Shown here in pieces: positions 50,376-64,000 of a stretch of 64,000 nt of DNA. The notes below the pieces were generated by a model that worked only from the letters and a program-made list of their open reading frames with translations, had not been told where the DNA came from and ran no database searches. The translations under genes were made by a program, and so were the position numbers. This DNA is from Octopus vulgaris (taxonomy: Eukaryota), in contig OX597821.1 of NCBI GenBank assembly GCA_951406725.2, positions 89,900,001-89,964,000 of the forward strand. Reading direction: 5' to 3'. Within the stretch, counting starts at the first letter, position 1. Every line of letters starts with the position of its first letter.

Positions 50376-50969
50376 ATATACCCAGAAACCATTGGTCTGC
50401 TGATATTGCCAACGGCTAGAAGGTAGTGATAGGCCTTCTTATTTACATTATAATCTCAGACACAGACCATGTTTCAATAAACCAGCTGGAAAAGATGTTT
50501 ACCTGGGGTTAAAAAGTAGTAGCATGATACTGTGCAGGACTGCTACGTTATGTTGAGAAATAAACTTTAACACACACACACACACACTCACACATCGCTG
50601 TTATGTTAAACTGTCGTATGTCCAAATTTGGCCAAAGCGTTTCTTTTCAATATTTAATTTTGCTTGCAATAGCTGGATCTTTTGGTTAAGCTATCTTATT
50701 TCCAGATGCTTCAGATGCCAAGATATGAAAATTGTATCAAAATGTAGTACAATGGTTTAACATTTATCAAAAGTTTAGTAAGTCCCACTTACGACAGTTT
50801 TGCAAAAATATTTCTGACTGAAAATAGCATAGGTGCATGGAGTTACAACAAAGTAGCATTGCTAAGCTGAAACCGTTGGTAGTGTAAACAGAAATGGAAT
50901 GGTGAAACTATTTTTCGTTTTCTGAAAAAGCAACGTTTTGGACATACGACTCTTTTGCATAATAACAAC

Positions 50970-51261
<292 letters not shown>

Positions 51262-53004
51262 TAAAAGACTGGGAAACTGTTGATTTTGATATTAGCTTTC
51301 TGTTTGTTATCACAACTTAAGATAGTCAATTTAAGATTTCCTTTGCTGCATTATTTCTTTGGTATGTCCCAATCTTCCTTATAAATACTTGTAAATTCCT
51401 TGCAGTTTATACACGGTGTTTATGTGAGATGCGCTTTGCCTGTGTATCATTTGTTATGCTGGCGTATTCTTAGTTAATACGGCTTATTTAAAAATTGTCT
51501 GCAACCGGTCATTTTAAAGTTAGATGGTGAAAACGTTTATTCTTAATCCTACTTCACATTCCTGAATTGCTGAGTTATCAATCACTGTTGATTCGTATTT
51601 TTTTTCCTTCTTATTTTCACTAAAGAAATAATGATATTTGTCTTTAAAAGACATTTTCAACTACATCAATTCCTCTTCTCTCAGTAACAATTGAATGGAA
51701 TTGAAAATCTTTCACTATTGCATATAATGAATGCCTAGTTTTCACCGACTGTTTTCTGTTTCCCCCATTGAAATGAACAACTTCTTTTGGTACTGCCGCA
51801 GCAGTTATCTCCAATATTTTCACGGTTGATGGTATTGATGGGTTTTTGTAGGAGATGTCTACGGATATATTGTTGATGCTCTTCTTCTTGATGCTGCAAT
51901 TGTTGAAGTCATTATTATTTGTTGTCATTGTCGTTATTATTGTTCCTATTGTGCTTGTTGCAGCTCTTGTTGTTGCCATTGTTGTTGTTGTTGTTAGGCA
52001 GCTATACGATAAATTAACAATAATCCATCGGATTTTCAGAAACAATACAGTTTTTATTCATCGGCTTTTCATTCCACTCAAATATTCTATCGATAGCAAA
52101 ATACACACAAACACACATGTTCACACACAAACACATACACACACACACACACGCACACGCTTATACGTACACACGCACACGTATATACATACACATACAT
52201 ACACATATATACAAAGCAGGAAAAGCTTCCGAGTAGAATAATATTTCAGACAAAGGTGGAATTTATCTTTAGTAAACCTCTCCTTTTCATTAGTTTTTCA
52301 ATATTTCCAAGTTTATTCAGCTACCGATAAGGGAAAGCTTTGCAAACAATGATTGCTAAATCTCAGTTTTACAAATTTATAGAATCAGAAATTGTTTTAT
52401 TCAGAAGCTGCCAAATTTTTAAATATTACCATCACTCACTATGTCTCAATAGAGACATTTAAGATAATAGAAAAATGTTCTTTAAGTCTGGCTGAGTGGT
52501 TGTAAGGTTTTCATGAACAGCGAAACAGCAGTTTCACATTTCAACTTCATTTGTTTCACTGAAAAGCATCTATTCAACTCTAGCGAGACATATTTAGCAG
52601 TGGCAGAAATGACGCTATCGTTGTTATTACAATTATTTAACCAAAGGTGAACTCTGAATGAGCAATTCTATAATCAGAGACAGTCCAACTGTGACCATCC
52701 TGCTATTATTTCAGACAAAATAGGTAGAAGTATATTTGTTATATTTTGTGTCTATCTTAGAAAAGTTTTCAAGGGGATTTTATTACTATTTCTAGCAGAT
52801 CAAACTAGTGTATAAAGCCTCCCAACATGTTTGCTATCGCTCTGTCTCGCTATTGGCTACTAATACCCAGTGTTTTTGATTTTTATACCTTTTTAACTTT
52901 TCTCCATTTTTTTCTCTCCACAACATCATACCTTCAATGCAATTAGACTGGAAAGCTACATTATTACAGCCGATTTTCAGATTTTTCTTAAAATGCGTAT
53001 TTTG

Positions 53005-53125
53005 CAAAGGTAAGGCAAGGCACCGGTGACGTCACAACTCATTTCTAGAGCTGAGGGAACTGGAGCAACGTGAAATAAAGTGTTTTGCTCAAGAACACAG
53101 CGCGGTCTGGAAATAGAACTCACTA
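53005..53125 (-). mobile_element. SINE group C fragment
   Basis: gctgagggaactggagcaacgtgaaataaagtgttttgctcaagaacac. Confidence 0.7.
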
Positions 53126-53400
53126 TATGGACGCTCTTACGCTAGATATAGATCCGCAAATGGACTCAACCACTAAGAATTGTTCTCAAGAAAAACTTTA
53201 GCACACTAAGAACGTAAGCGGGCAGGACAAATGAAAAATAAAAATGAAAAATAACATAAATATAGATCTATATTTTTGTTATTTTTTCATTTGTCCTGCT
53301 CGCTTACGTTCTTAGTGTGCTAAAGTTTTTCTTGAGGACAATTCTTAGTGGTTGAGTCCATTTGCGGATCTATATCTAGCGTAAGAGCGTCCACATAGTG
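53121..53400. repeat. 280-bp near-perfect palindrome with no spacer
   Basis: Centre aaatatagatctatattt; arms match with few mismatches and one 13-bp duplication in the left arm. Confidence 0.95.
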
Positions 53401-53864
53401 GATTCTCCCTCATACATATATAGATAGATAGATAAATAGATATATAGATAAATACTTGCTTGACAACGGTGTTTGTTTTGCTAATGTCCCCGTAAATTAG
53501 CAGTTCAGTTAAAGCGATCGGTAAGAGAAGTATCTGGTTTGACAAAGAAAATAAACGCTTTAAGGTGCTGTTCCGGTATTGCAGGGTCCAATGACTAAAA
53601 CAAATGAACGAGAAAAGATTAAGTCTTCACCAATAATGTCAGGAATTTATACAAAACTGATACTATGTCTACATGCTTGGAAGAGAGGAGTCTAGTAAAG
53701 ACACCTATAAACCAGGTGCTTGTGCTATTCTAGCTTGTTATTACTTGTTTTATGTCCTTGCTATATTTGGATGTTTGTTGTCCTTTATTTTGAAATCAGT
53801 TAGTAAAATAAAAGTGAAGTTCCTTCTCGCGTCGTTCAGACACATAATGGTTTGTTTCCCTGTT

Positions 53865-54062
53865 GAAGGCGTGTAAATTCCCCACCTGGACAGGACGCCG
53901 GTCTGCCACAGGATTACTAATTTTTGCCAGCTGAGTGGATTGGAGCAACATGAAATGAAGTGTTTTACTCAAGAACATAACACGTTGCCCAGTCTAGGAA
54001 TCGAAACCACAATTACACGATCATGTGTCCAACACTCTAACCATTAAGTCACACATCTCCAC
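53865..54062 (-). mobile_element. SINE group C with an alternative tail
   Basis: Group C core plus tail ccccacctggacaggacgccggtc. Confidence 0.78.
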
Positions 54063-54397
54063 GATTCTAATTAGAGATAGAACGTATTATGCAATGGGCA
54101 CAAGCAAATTTTGTGATATTTCTCTTTTATTCTTTTATTGGTTTCAATGTCTGGACTGCAGTCATGCTGGGGCAAACTCTCGAAATGTTTAGTAGATCAA
54201 ATCAATTCCAGTACACATTCTTTCTTTAAGTCCGATATTTACTCTCTCGATATCTTTCTGACGAACCGCCATGTTACGAGAATGTAAAGAAATCAACAGA
54301 GCGTTGTTAAGAGGTGAGTGACAGACGCAGGCACAAACACAGAGACGCACGCGCACATACAAGTGCGCGCGATGGCTCACATGCAAACATACTCCCT

Positions 54398-54815
54398 AAG
54401 GCGACGAGCTGGCAAAATCGTTAGCATACCAGGCGAAATGCTTAGCGGTATTTCGTCTGCCGCTACGTTCTGAGTTCAAATTCCGCCGAGGTCGACTTTA
54501 CTTTTCATCCTTTCAGGGTCGATTAAATAAGTACCAGTTACGCACTGGGATCGGTATAATCGACTTAATTCGTTTGTCTATCCTTGTTTGTCCTCTCTGT
54601 GTTTGGCCCCTTGTGGGTAGTAAAGAAATAGGTATTTCGTCGGCCGCTACGTTCTGAGTTCAAATTCCGCCGAGGTCGACTTTGCTTTTCATCCTTTCGG
54701 GGTCGATTAAATAAGTACCAGTTACGCATTGGGATCGATATAATCGACTTAATACCTATGTCTGTCCTTGTTTGTTCCCTCTGTGTGTAGCCCCTTGTGG
54801 GTAGTAAGGAAATAG
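54398..54815 (+). mobile_element. SINE group B with tandemly duplicated body and tail
   Basis: Two body units; TSD gcaaacatactc(c/t)ct. Confidence 0.92.
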
Positions 54816-55677
54816 CAAACATACTCTCTCCATGTTTTCTTTTTCGATCCCTTTAGCAATTCTGCTACGTAATTAAATGAGTGCTGAGTTCAGTTTCCCT
54901 GTTGGGCTATAACACAAGCTTTAAGAAATCACTTGAGTATCAATTTACCTTTAAGGATCATAGAATAACAAGGAAATTCATTTCTTCGGTAATACAAACG
55001 ATAGCTTAAAGTAAATAGTAAACAAAGGAGGCGAGGATCTATTGTGGTCAGTAAACTATCTGAAATGAAAACCATCCTGTCATTCAAGTTACTTATATAT
55101 GTATTTTTCTATAATTTTACAAAATTAAAAATATCCAGAATAAACCTGATTTGTGATGAACCCACATAAATACACGCACAAACATACGATCATATACATA
55201 CACGCACATCGACAAAATATAGACACACACAAACACATACGCGCGCGCGCAAATAATGTTGGAAAACAAGTGAGAGAAAGTTTTTGAAATATGAAAAACA
55301 AATAGATTATTTTAAAAAATATGATAATTTAAAATTAAAAAGGAAAAGAAGAGAAATTTGTTGTCTCCAATGATTACGTTTAGTTGAAGAATTAACAGAC
55401 ATCGTGGGTGAAGAAAACGGAATTATACAAATAAAAACACCTAAGGATAAAATATAAAATTTATCAGAAAATAACTAAATTAAAATCAGACAATAACAAT
55501 GAAGCCAAAAAGTATTTTGAAAATTGCAGGAAAACATGGGACATAAAATAGCAACAAAATACACAGCCGAATCCCGTCCTCACAGAACTAGTTGTACATA
55601 TGTATATATATATTATACGCATGGACATACATACACGCACATGCATGTTTACACACACACACACATATATATATGCT

Positions 55678-56446
55678 TGTATGTATGTATGTATGTATGT
55701 ATGTATGTATGTATGTATGTATGTATGTATGTATGTATGTTTGTATGTATGTATGTATGTATGTATGTTTGTATGTATGTATGAATGTATGTATGTATGT
55801 TTGTATGTATGTATGTGTACGTACGTATATATGTATGTATGTATGTACGTATGTATGTATGTATGAATGAATGTATGTATGTATGAATGTATGTATGTAT
55901 GTATGCATGTATGTATGTATGTATGTATGCATGTATGTATGTATGTTTGTATGTATGAATGTATGTATGTACGTACGTTCGTATGTATGTATGTATGTAT
56001 GTACGTATGTATGTATGTATGTATGTATGTATGTACGTACGTATGTATGTACGTACGTACGTATGTATGTATGTATGTATGTATGAATGTGTGTGTGCGT
56101 ATGTATGTATGAATGTATGCATGTATGTATGAATGTATGTATGTATGTATGTATGTATGTATGCATGTATGTATGTATGTTTGTATGTATGTATGTATGT
56201 ATGTATGTATGTTTGTATGTATGAATGTATGTATGTACGTACGTACGTATGTATGTATGTATGTATGTATGTATGTATGAATGTGTGTGTGTGTATGTAT
56301 GTATGAATGTATGCATGTATGTATGAATGTATGTATGTATGTATGTATGTATGAATGTATGTATGTACGTACGTACGTATGTATGTATGTATGTATGTAC
56401 GTATGTATGTATGTATGTATGTATGTATGTATGTATGTATGTATGT
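55678..56446. repeat. ~770-bp (TATG)n array with variant units
   Basis: Direct reading; source of the spurious 242-383 aa ORFs. Confidence 0.97.
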
Positions 56447-57086
56447 GTATGTCAAATACGCATGCATGGAAATATATTTGTTTGTGTCTGTATAAAAATT
56501 GATAAAAAGATAGAAAGATTGATACGATGTACAACGTACAATAATTCTGTGTGTATGTGCGTGTGTGTGTGAGTGTGCCCGTGTGTGCGCGCACAGACAC
56601 ACATACATATAACATAAATATATCTCGAAAAATACAACAAAGACAAAAGTCTTTTACAAAATGTTAATATATTTTTATGAAAAGTGACATGAGCGAGTTA
56701 TAATTCAACTCGTGCGCTGTTTATGTCTGTGTATGCGTATATATGTTTGTATGTATGCGCGTGTCTGTGTGTGTACGCACGTGCGTGTGTGTCTGTGTGT
56801 GTGTGTGTGTTTCTGTGTGTGTGTGTGTGTTTCTGTCTGTGTGTGTGTGATTAAGTTATTATTTGCGTCTGGATCTTGAATTAAGCCAAACAGACTGAGT
56901 GCTGTTTGTCTATTAAATTGAGGTTTTAATGGGAAGAAATAAAAGTGATGCATTTTCAATAAGAACGACAAAGAAAAGTGTGAAAGAAATTTTGTTTTGC
57001 TGCTACTATTGTTGTTCTAAGTGTTGCTGTTGTTGTTGATTTGTTTTTACTCTCTTCGTTGCTCAGATTGTTAAAAGTGTTGTGTG

Positions 57087-57649
57087 AAGGCGCAATGGCC
57101 CAGTGGTTAGGGCAGCGGACTCGCGGTCATAGGATCGCGGTTTGATTACAGGTCTGATAGTAGACCCGTACCTAACCAACAATAACAACCATAATAACAA
57201 CACAGTTACAGGAGTGGTTGTGTGGTAATCAGGTTGCTTACCAACCACATGGTTCCGGGTTCAGTCCCACTGCATGGCACCTTGGCCAAGTGTCTTCTAC
57301 TATAGCCTCAGGCCAACCGGTCATAGGATCGCGGTTTCGATTCCTAGACCGGGCGTTGTGAGCGAAAACAGCTAAAAGCTCCACGAGGCTCCGGCAGGAG
57401 ATGGTGGTGATCCCTGCTGTACTCTTTCACCACAACTTTCTCTCACTCTTACTTCCTGTTTCTGTTGTACCTGTATTTCAAAGGGCCGGCCTTGTCACTC
57501 TCTGTGTCACGCTGAATATCCCCGAGAACTACGTTAAGGTTACACGTGTCTGTGGAGTGCTCAGCCACTTACACGTTAATTTCACGAGCAGGCTGTTCCG
57601 TTGATTCGGATCAACCGGAACCCTCGTCGTCGTAACCGACGGAGTGCTT
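57087..57649 (+). mobile_element. SINE group D interrupted by a 174-bp templated insertion
   Basis: TSD aaaagtgttgt; matches 11061-11410 apart from 57144-57337. Confidence 0.9.
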
Positions 57650-58028
57650 ACAAAAAAAACCCAAAAGTGTTGTTGTTGTTGTTATGGTTCTGTTGTCATA
57701 GCTGTTGTTGTTGCTATCGCTGTGTTGTTGTTGTTGTTGTTGTTGTTGCGGTTATTGTTATAAATGTTGCCGTTGTTAGCTGTTACTGATTTGCTGTCAT
57801 AAAGATTGCTGTCGTTGTTGTTGTTATAAATGTCGCTGTTGTGGTTGTTGTTGTTGTTTAAAACCAGGTCTGTCCGGATCGAATAGACCTATGAACAATG
57901 ACGTTCTAACTTTGATCAACTCGTTATACTGTTCTAGATCGCTGGGAACTACATTATCCAACGTATACTCTTTTCAGATGGTCAGACTTTATTTCTAGAA
58001 GAATACTAAGAAGTAGAGCGTCTCCCAT

Positions 58029-58442
58029 TACTCTTTTACTCTTTTACTTGTTTCAGTCATTTGACTGAGGCCATGCTGGATCACCGCCTTTAGTCGAGCA
58101 AATCAACCCCAGGACTTATTCTTTGTAAACCTAGTACTTATTCTATTGGTCTCTTTTGCCGAACCGCTAAGTGACGAGGACATAAACACACCAGCATCGG
58201 TCGTCAAGCGGTGTTGGGGGAACAAAAACAGATACACAAACACATACACACACAGACATACATATATATATATGCATATATACGACGGACTCCTTTCAGT
58301 TTCCGTCTACCAAATCCACTCCCAAGGCTTTGGTTAGCCCGAGGCTATAGTAGAAGACACTTGGCCAAGGTGCCACGCAGTGGGACTGAACCCGGAACCA
58401 TGTGGTTGGTAAGCAAGCTGATTACCACACAACCACTCCTGT
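58029..58442 (-). mobile_element. SINE group A
   Basis: Similarity to group A. Confidence 0.9.
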
Positions 58443-58878
58443 AACTGTTATTATTATGGTTGTTATTGTTGGTTAGTTACGGGTCTACTATCAGACCTGT
58501 AATCAAACATAACTTAGCTATTACCATTCCACCATTTGAAGTAAGGGTCCCCAATATTTTCTTGCCCATCAGACTGGATTCATGCAAGGTAATTTTTCCA
58601 TGAATGGAACAATCACATGCATAACAAAGCGCACCAAATTGTATCATATGTAATTTACTCATTACATATGTTATGCATGTGTATGTAGCACATACAATCT
58701 ATATACAATGCGAAAATACACTCAGTAGTTTGCGATAGTCAATAAAAAGAAAGACATTTTGAAAGTTTATTCTTTCTGTGCGGCTCTGTACCAAATGATC
58801 CGTAGCCTGGCCCTAGTCCGTAACCTGGTGGTTGTGACCCCCACTAATTTAAAGGTTATTCACGACTGCGTTATCCAA

Positions 58879-59104
58879 TTACTCTTTTACTCTTTACTCT
58901 TTTACTTGTTTCAGTCATTTGACTGTGGCCATGCTGGAGCACCGCCTTTAGTGGAGCAAATCGACCCCAGGACTTATTCTTTGTAAGCCTAGTACTTTTT
59001 CTATCGTCTCTTTTGCTGAACCGCTAAGTTACGGGGACGTAAACACACCAGCATCGGTTGTCAAGCGATGTTGGGGGACAAACACAAACGCACAAACACA
59101 CACC

Positions 59105-59164
<60 letters not shown>

Positions 59165-59346
59165 TACATATATACATATATACGACGGCCGTCTTTCAGT
59201 TTCCGTCTACCAAATCCACTCACAAGGATTTGGTCGGCCCGAGGCTATAGTACAAGACACTTGCCCAAGGTGCCACGCAACGGGACTGAACCCGGTACCA
59301 TGTGGTTGGTAAACAAGCTACTTACCACACAGCCTCTCCTACGCCT
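58879..59346 (-). mobile_element. SINE group A
   Basis: Similarity to group A. Confidence 0.92.
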
Positions 59347-60739
59347 ATATTTATTTATTTTTATTGTTTAATATAGAGATTTGAAGCAAAAATGACAGTA
59401 AAACTCTTGGGAATACAATAACTCCTATTTTGGACGTAAAGAACAAGATAGAAAATAACGGACGCACGTTGTCTGCTTTTACTAAATATATAAATTCATA
59501 CATTTACTTCCTTGAAGATAGCGAATGCACATACTAACACAAAATATTTATGATAAAATCCTTACTAAGAAAAGATTTAGATTCCACTTGAGAAACGTAG
59601 CACTAGGTGAAAAATCATGAAAGAAACAAACTCTAATCAGAAATAGGTATTCTGAAAAAAAAAAAAAATTATAGACAAAGCTATAAAACAATACAGTTAA
59701 AAAACAACGTAAATGTAGGAGATAGCGCCCTATTAAATAATACACAAGCCACACATAAAGTGTATTATATGACTTAAAAGCACACTAACTATGGAATAGA
59801 TGATCGCATAATTAAAACTACATAAAATAGAATAGGAAATTTATTATACCTGATCATTAACTAATACTGATAGTATATTTGAAAATTACTACGATTAAAA
59901 CACAACACAAAATGTTATAAAACATTGAACAAGCTATTAATGATTACAGTGTTTCATTTATAAATTCAATTACAAATGTTAAAGCAGTAAATTTCATGAC
60001 TGAAGTGGTTATACTGGCCATACAAGTATGACAATCGCGCTAGCTCACCATTCATTTACATGGTGCAATTGTAAAGCATGATACCATATCACACAAAATA
60101 AAACAAAGAAAACGTGAGTAGATAACACATCTATACTCGACAGAATTGCCCACAAAAATGGATGATTGATGATATAATCAACGCTTCCAACGCAGCATTA
60201 AACTAAATTAAGCACAGAGATAACGCAGAGTAGTCTCAAATAGAAACAAGCACCTGCCTAATGACGTATAAATCAAATGTCAAAAGTTCAAAGTCTAGTA
60301 ATATTGCAAACATCAATTACGTTGGCATAGCCTACAATAAAGTTGTAGGAATGTATGCAACAGTTCTTCATCTTAAAGACGAGTCTACGATAAAAGTTCA
60401 AGGATGGATTTAGAGAATTTACTATTCCCAAAAATTTGCAAGGAACCGATACAAAAATATTGGGAAAAAAGCACGAGAAAATAATAAAATTAGAACACGT
60501 TTTTACACACACATACACATACGCACGCAGGCATACACACACACATACAAGCACATACACATACACGCACGCACATATGAATATACATTTATGTGTGTAT
60601 GTGTTCACAATATGTGTTTCAGTTTTACAATCGGTTCATACTCTGCAATATTTTAGTATAAATTCGCTGCAATTTGCCAGAACAATAAATGGCTATGTAA
60701 GTCGCAATCTAAACAAACACCATCTACATACTAATATGT

Positions 60740-60819
<80 letters not shown>

Positions 60820-60821
<2 letters not shown>

Positions 60822-61115
60822 GGAGTAAACACATAAATGTGAAACAAGGTGGAAAAAAGAGTACTCAAATACCAGTGGTAGAGTAATATGCTTTATTTAA
60901 AAGCAGCAGAAAATTCAACAAAACCTGTTACTCTGAGTTTCACGTTCCCGTTCGTCGGACAGTTTTTGCTAGAATCTAGCAAAAACTGTCCGACGAACGG
61001 GAACGCTAAATAACAGAAATCCACATGATAATACCATTAACACTAACCACATACCAAATGTCACTATAAACTACACCAACAATAAGAACAGCTTTAAGTC
61101 CCAAAGACACATAAA
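60820..61115. mobile_element. Hammerhead-bearing repeat (24441 family) ending in a 63-bp hairpin
   Basis: Shared with 24441-24595; palindrome 60943-61005; follows (TA)n. Confidence 0.72.
60920..60967 (-). ncRNA. Minimal type I hammerhead ribozyme, U4C variant (second copy)
   Basis: aaaaacugu-CCGACGA-acg(ggaa)cgu-GAAA-cucaga-GUA-acagguuuu. Confidence 0.72.
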
Positions 61116-62018
61116 TTCCTTACTCACCCGGGAATGAGTAATCCGGATAGAGTTACCTTCCTTTTCATCATGGAAGACAAAGGGAAGATAGCATGACTCT
61201 TTGGGCTAAAGGATGGATTGTATCTTAGTAATTGAGTGCTAATCGATCGAGTGGCATTTCTCTAAGTAGAATCTCTGTATGCGTAGTAGTAGCATTGTTC
61301 CAGTATCTAGAGCAATTCCGTATTGGGTACCTCATTCGGGCTTTGAAGAGTGTCAGTAGCGATTGAAGCCTAATATATACCCTGACACTGAAGAGAAGGG
61401 CTAGTCCTTAGGACCTAGCTATCCTGATGATCTGATTTTACAAGGAATAATCTTCTATGACAGTAAGACCTCGCCCTTAGAGCGACTGTTAGGGCTCCAG
61501 CTATGTTTCATTCGTATATTTTTTCCGTGTATAGCGCGATAGTATTCTCTTGATAGGATCTTTTGTAATTGCGAGAGAGAAAGTGACGTACTCCCGTTGG
61601 AGGATGCTCTAAAGTCTGCTGTTAATGGAATCAACACAAGTATAGCGTGTAGTTGTGTGTGCTTAATATTTGATTGGAAAATTTAGCGAAGGGTCCACAG
61701 TAAGAGACAACTATGTCATTCATGCATAAAAAGAAAGAGCATGGGGGTAAAAAGTTGAACCGCGGAAAACATCAGAGTTCATTTCTATTGGTAGAAAGAT
61801 GTATGTCATCACATTCCACGATGGTGCGCTCTAATTAGAAGCTAATGATCCTAGAGATAATGAAATATATATGGATTTCGTAGGGTACAAGTATAAGAAA
61901 AGATTTGCATGCCTGGCATGATAAAAGGCTTTATTGATATTTAGGGCAACAATGTATGTATGTATGTAAGTGTGTGAGTGTGTATGTATATATGTTTGTA
62001 CATTTGTACGTACGTATG

Positions 62019-62051
<33 letters not shown>

Positions 62052-62166
62052 ATATGTATGTATGTATTTTTGTATGTATGCTTGTATATCTGCATCTATA
62101 AGTGTGTGTTTGTATCTATGCATGTATATATGTTCCTGCATATATATTTGTTAAAAATATGTATAT

Positions 62167-62560
62167 AGGCGCAGGAGTGGCTGTGTGGTAACTAGCTTGC
62201 TAACTAACCACATGGTTCCGGGTTCAGTCCCACTGCGTGACATCTTGGGCAAGTGTCTTCTGCTATAGCCCCGGGCTGACCAATGCCTTGTGAGTGGATT
62301 TGGTAGACGGAAACTGAAAGAAGCCCATCGTATATATGTATATATATATGTGTGTGTGTATGTCTGTGTTTGTCTCCCTAGCATTGCTTGACAACCGATG
62401 CTGGTGTGTTTACGTCCCCGTTACTTAGCGGTTCAGCAAAAGAGACCGATGGAATAAGTACTGGGCTTACAAAGAATAAGTCCCGGGGTCAATTTGCTCG
62501 ATTAAAGGCGGTGCTCCAGCATGGCCGCAGTCAAATGACTGAAACAAGTGAAAAAAAGAA
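62167..62560 (+). mobile_element. SINE group A, full length
   Basis: Similarity to group A. Confidence 0.92.
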
Positions 62561-63369
62561 AAGATATCCTGTGTGTTAATGTGTGTATATACTTAATAAG
62601 AAAGCGTTTTACATTCTCTTTTATGACAATTCCACCATCAGTTTTTGTTCTGCCTTCATTGTGTGAGAAAGAAACGAACGAATGATCAGGGAAGATGCAG
62701 ATAAGAGGAAACCTTTTTTCGTTTCACGGATAACAACATTTGTGTTTGTGTAACAAAATAATATATCAATGTACTAAATAAAATGCTTGGCGACATGAAG
62801 AACGTCCGGGATAGAACTGATATGAAAAATACCGGAGATGCGTGAGACATGGATGCGTGAGCAGTAATTTCCATGTAAAAATTGGTTTGCACAGTTGGGA
62901 CGCCTCCAATCCACGTAGAGAGAGAAAGTAAACCACTTCTGACCCAAGAAGGGCGCATTTCCCAAGAAAGATTTTTAAAGTTGCTTCTTTGCTTTACGTG
63001 CTCGCTGTCACCTTTATGATTCGATTTATATCGGGTATCTTACGTGTACCTCAGAGATATCTGAGATGGCTTTGAGTCAACTGTCATTCCACGTTTCTGC
63101 TCCACTGAACACTTCACCTAACACCTTCTAACCCTCGGTTTGGCCTCCCACCTGTCTGGTTCTCTCACCTGTCAATAGCAGAGAAAACAGAAGCGTACCT
63201 TCTTTATGAAAAACTTACAGCATTTTAATTTAAATCCTTTCCCCCACATTTTCCAACCTGTATTTCTTCACCACCAGTTCCAGAATTACACACTTTTCCC
63301 CTTAGCACCTTTCTCTTCTTTCCCACACAACTCTTCACACATATAGAATCAAGAATAATTATAGAGTTA

Positions 63370-63461
63370 ATGATGATGATGATGATGATGAGGAGGAGGA
63401 GGAGGAGGAAGAGGATGATGATGATGATGATGATGATGAGGATGATGATGATGATGATGAT
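63370..63461. repeat. (GAT)n/(GAG)n microsatellite
   Basis: Direct reading. Confidence 0.95.
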
Positions 63462-63594
63462 AATTCTGTATACAGAATGTATACAGACTGTCCAGTGAAT
63501 CCCCTTCTTTTCATGGATGATCCAAAGCCTTTTGCAAAAGTGACTGAATACTAGAACGACTTATAAATAAATGAATGAGAGTAAATTTTATACA

Positions 63595-64000
63595 AATCTT
63601 CGCTCGTTTCTCTCAATGTACTGCATGCATCACCAAGCGGTAGATATAGACAGGCTATATGCCCCCCCACCTCGAAGGAATGGAGAGCATATACTGGTGG
63701 AACTGCAACTGTCCTAAGACAACAACGATAAGATTACACACCTGTTTAAAAATTCTAATGACTTCGATGCTTGAACTTGTATGCAAGTATAACAGTATAA
63801 AGAAACATTACTCATTATCAAATGTAACAAACAAGTATGCAAAAGAAGTAAAGTTCATCGAGGTTGAGGCACAGCTAGAGGGAACAGAAGCAACTGTGGA
63901 AGCAAAGCAAATGATATCACAAGCAAAATGTAGTGGGATGTCTGAGGTACGTAATTGATGGAAAAAATTGGTTATTTGTTGAAAATACATTACAAGGCCC
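63595..64000 (+). pseudogene. R4/Dong-type LINE relic, post-RT region
   Basis: RSFLSMYCMHHQAVDIDRLY then KTTTIRLHTCL resembles the motif RK.LTM..HHP.AD.DRLY.PR..GGRGL; frameshifted. Confidence 0.6.

Noticed and set aside
55464-56615. Longest ORFs (383, 319 and 242 aa; HTYI repeats)
   Set aside because: Translations of the (TATG)n array, which lacks stops by composition
59560-60470. Possible Penelope GIY-YIG relic (TYK...NYVG)
   Set aside because: Too degraded to support by eye
61383-61435. CTGAAGA followed by a hairpin and CTGATGA
   Set aside because: No GAAA box or cleavage triplet in register
62686-62965. Non-repetitive 90-aa and 63-aa ORFs
   Set aside because: No recognisable motif or splice context; lengths are within chance expectation

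Overview
AT-rich, repeat-dense animal DNA, very probably intergenic or intronic sequence from an octopus (Octopus-like cephalopod). That assignment is an inference from my recall of the SINE families and from the very high (TA)n/(CA)n/(TATG)n density. I find no credible host protein-coding gene, and nearly all ORFs in the track are translated microsatellites or SINEs. The window is a patchwork of mobile elements: four tRNA-headed SINE groups (labelled A-D here), a 5'-truncated RTE-type LINE with a recognisable RT, RTE and R4/Dong-type relics, Penelope-like relics (RT and GIY-YIG), mariner and Chapaev3 remnants in a triple nest, MITEs and non-autonomous Helitrons. The strongest unexpected signal is six type I hammerhead-ribozyme folds from four mutually unrelated short elements. 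Each element abuts a (TA)n tract and three form inverted repeats, as expected of Penelope pLTR/retrozyme-type units. Three of the folds have a non-canonical CCGACGA core. Several local templated insertions and palindromes point to template-switch events. All calls come from reading the sequence by eye; no alignment, folding or database search was run.
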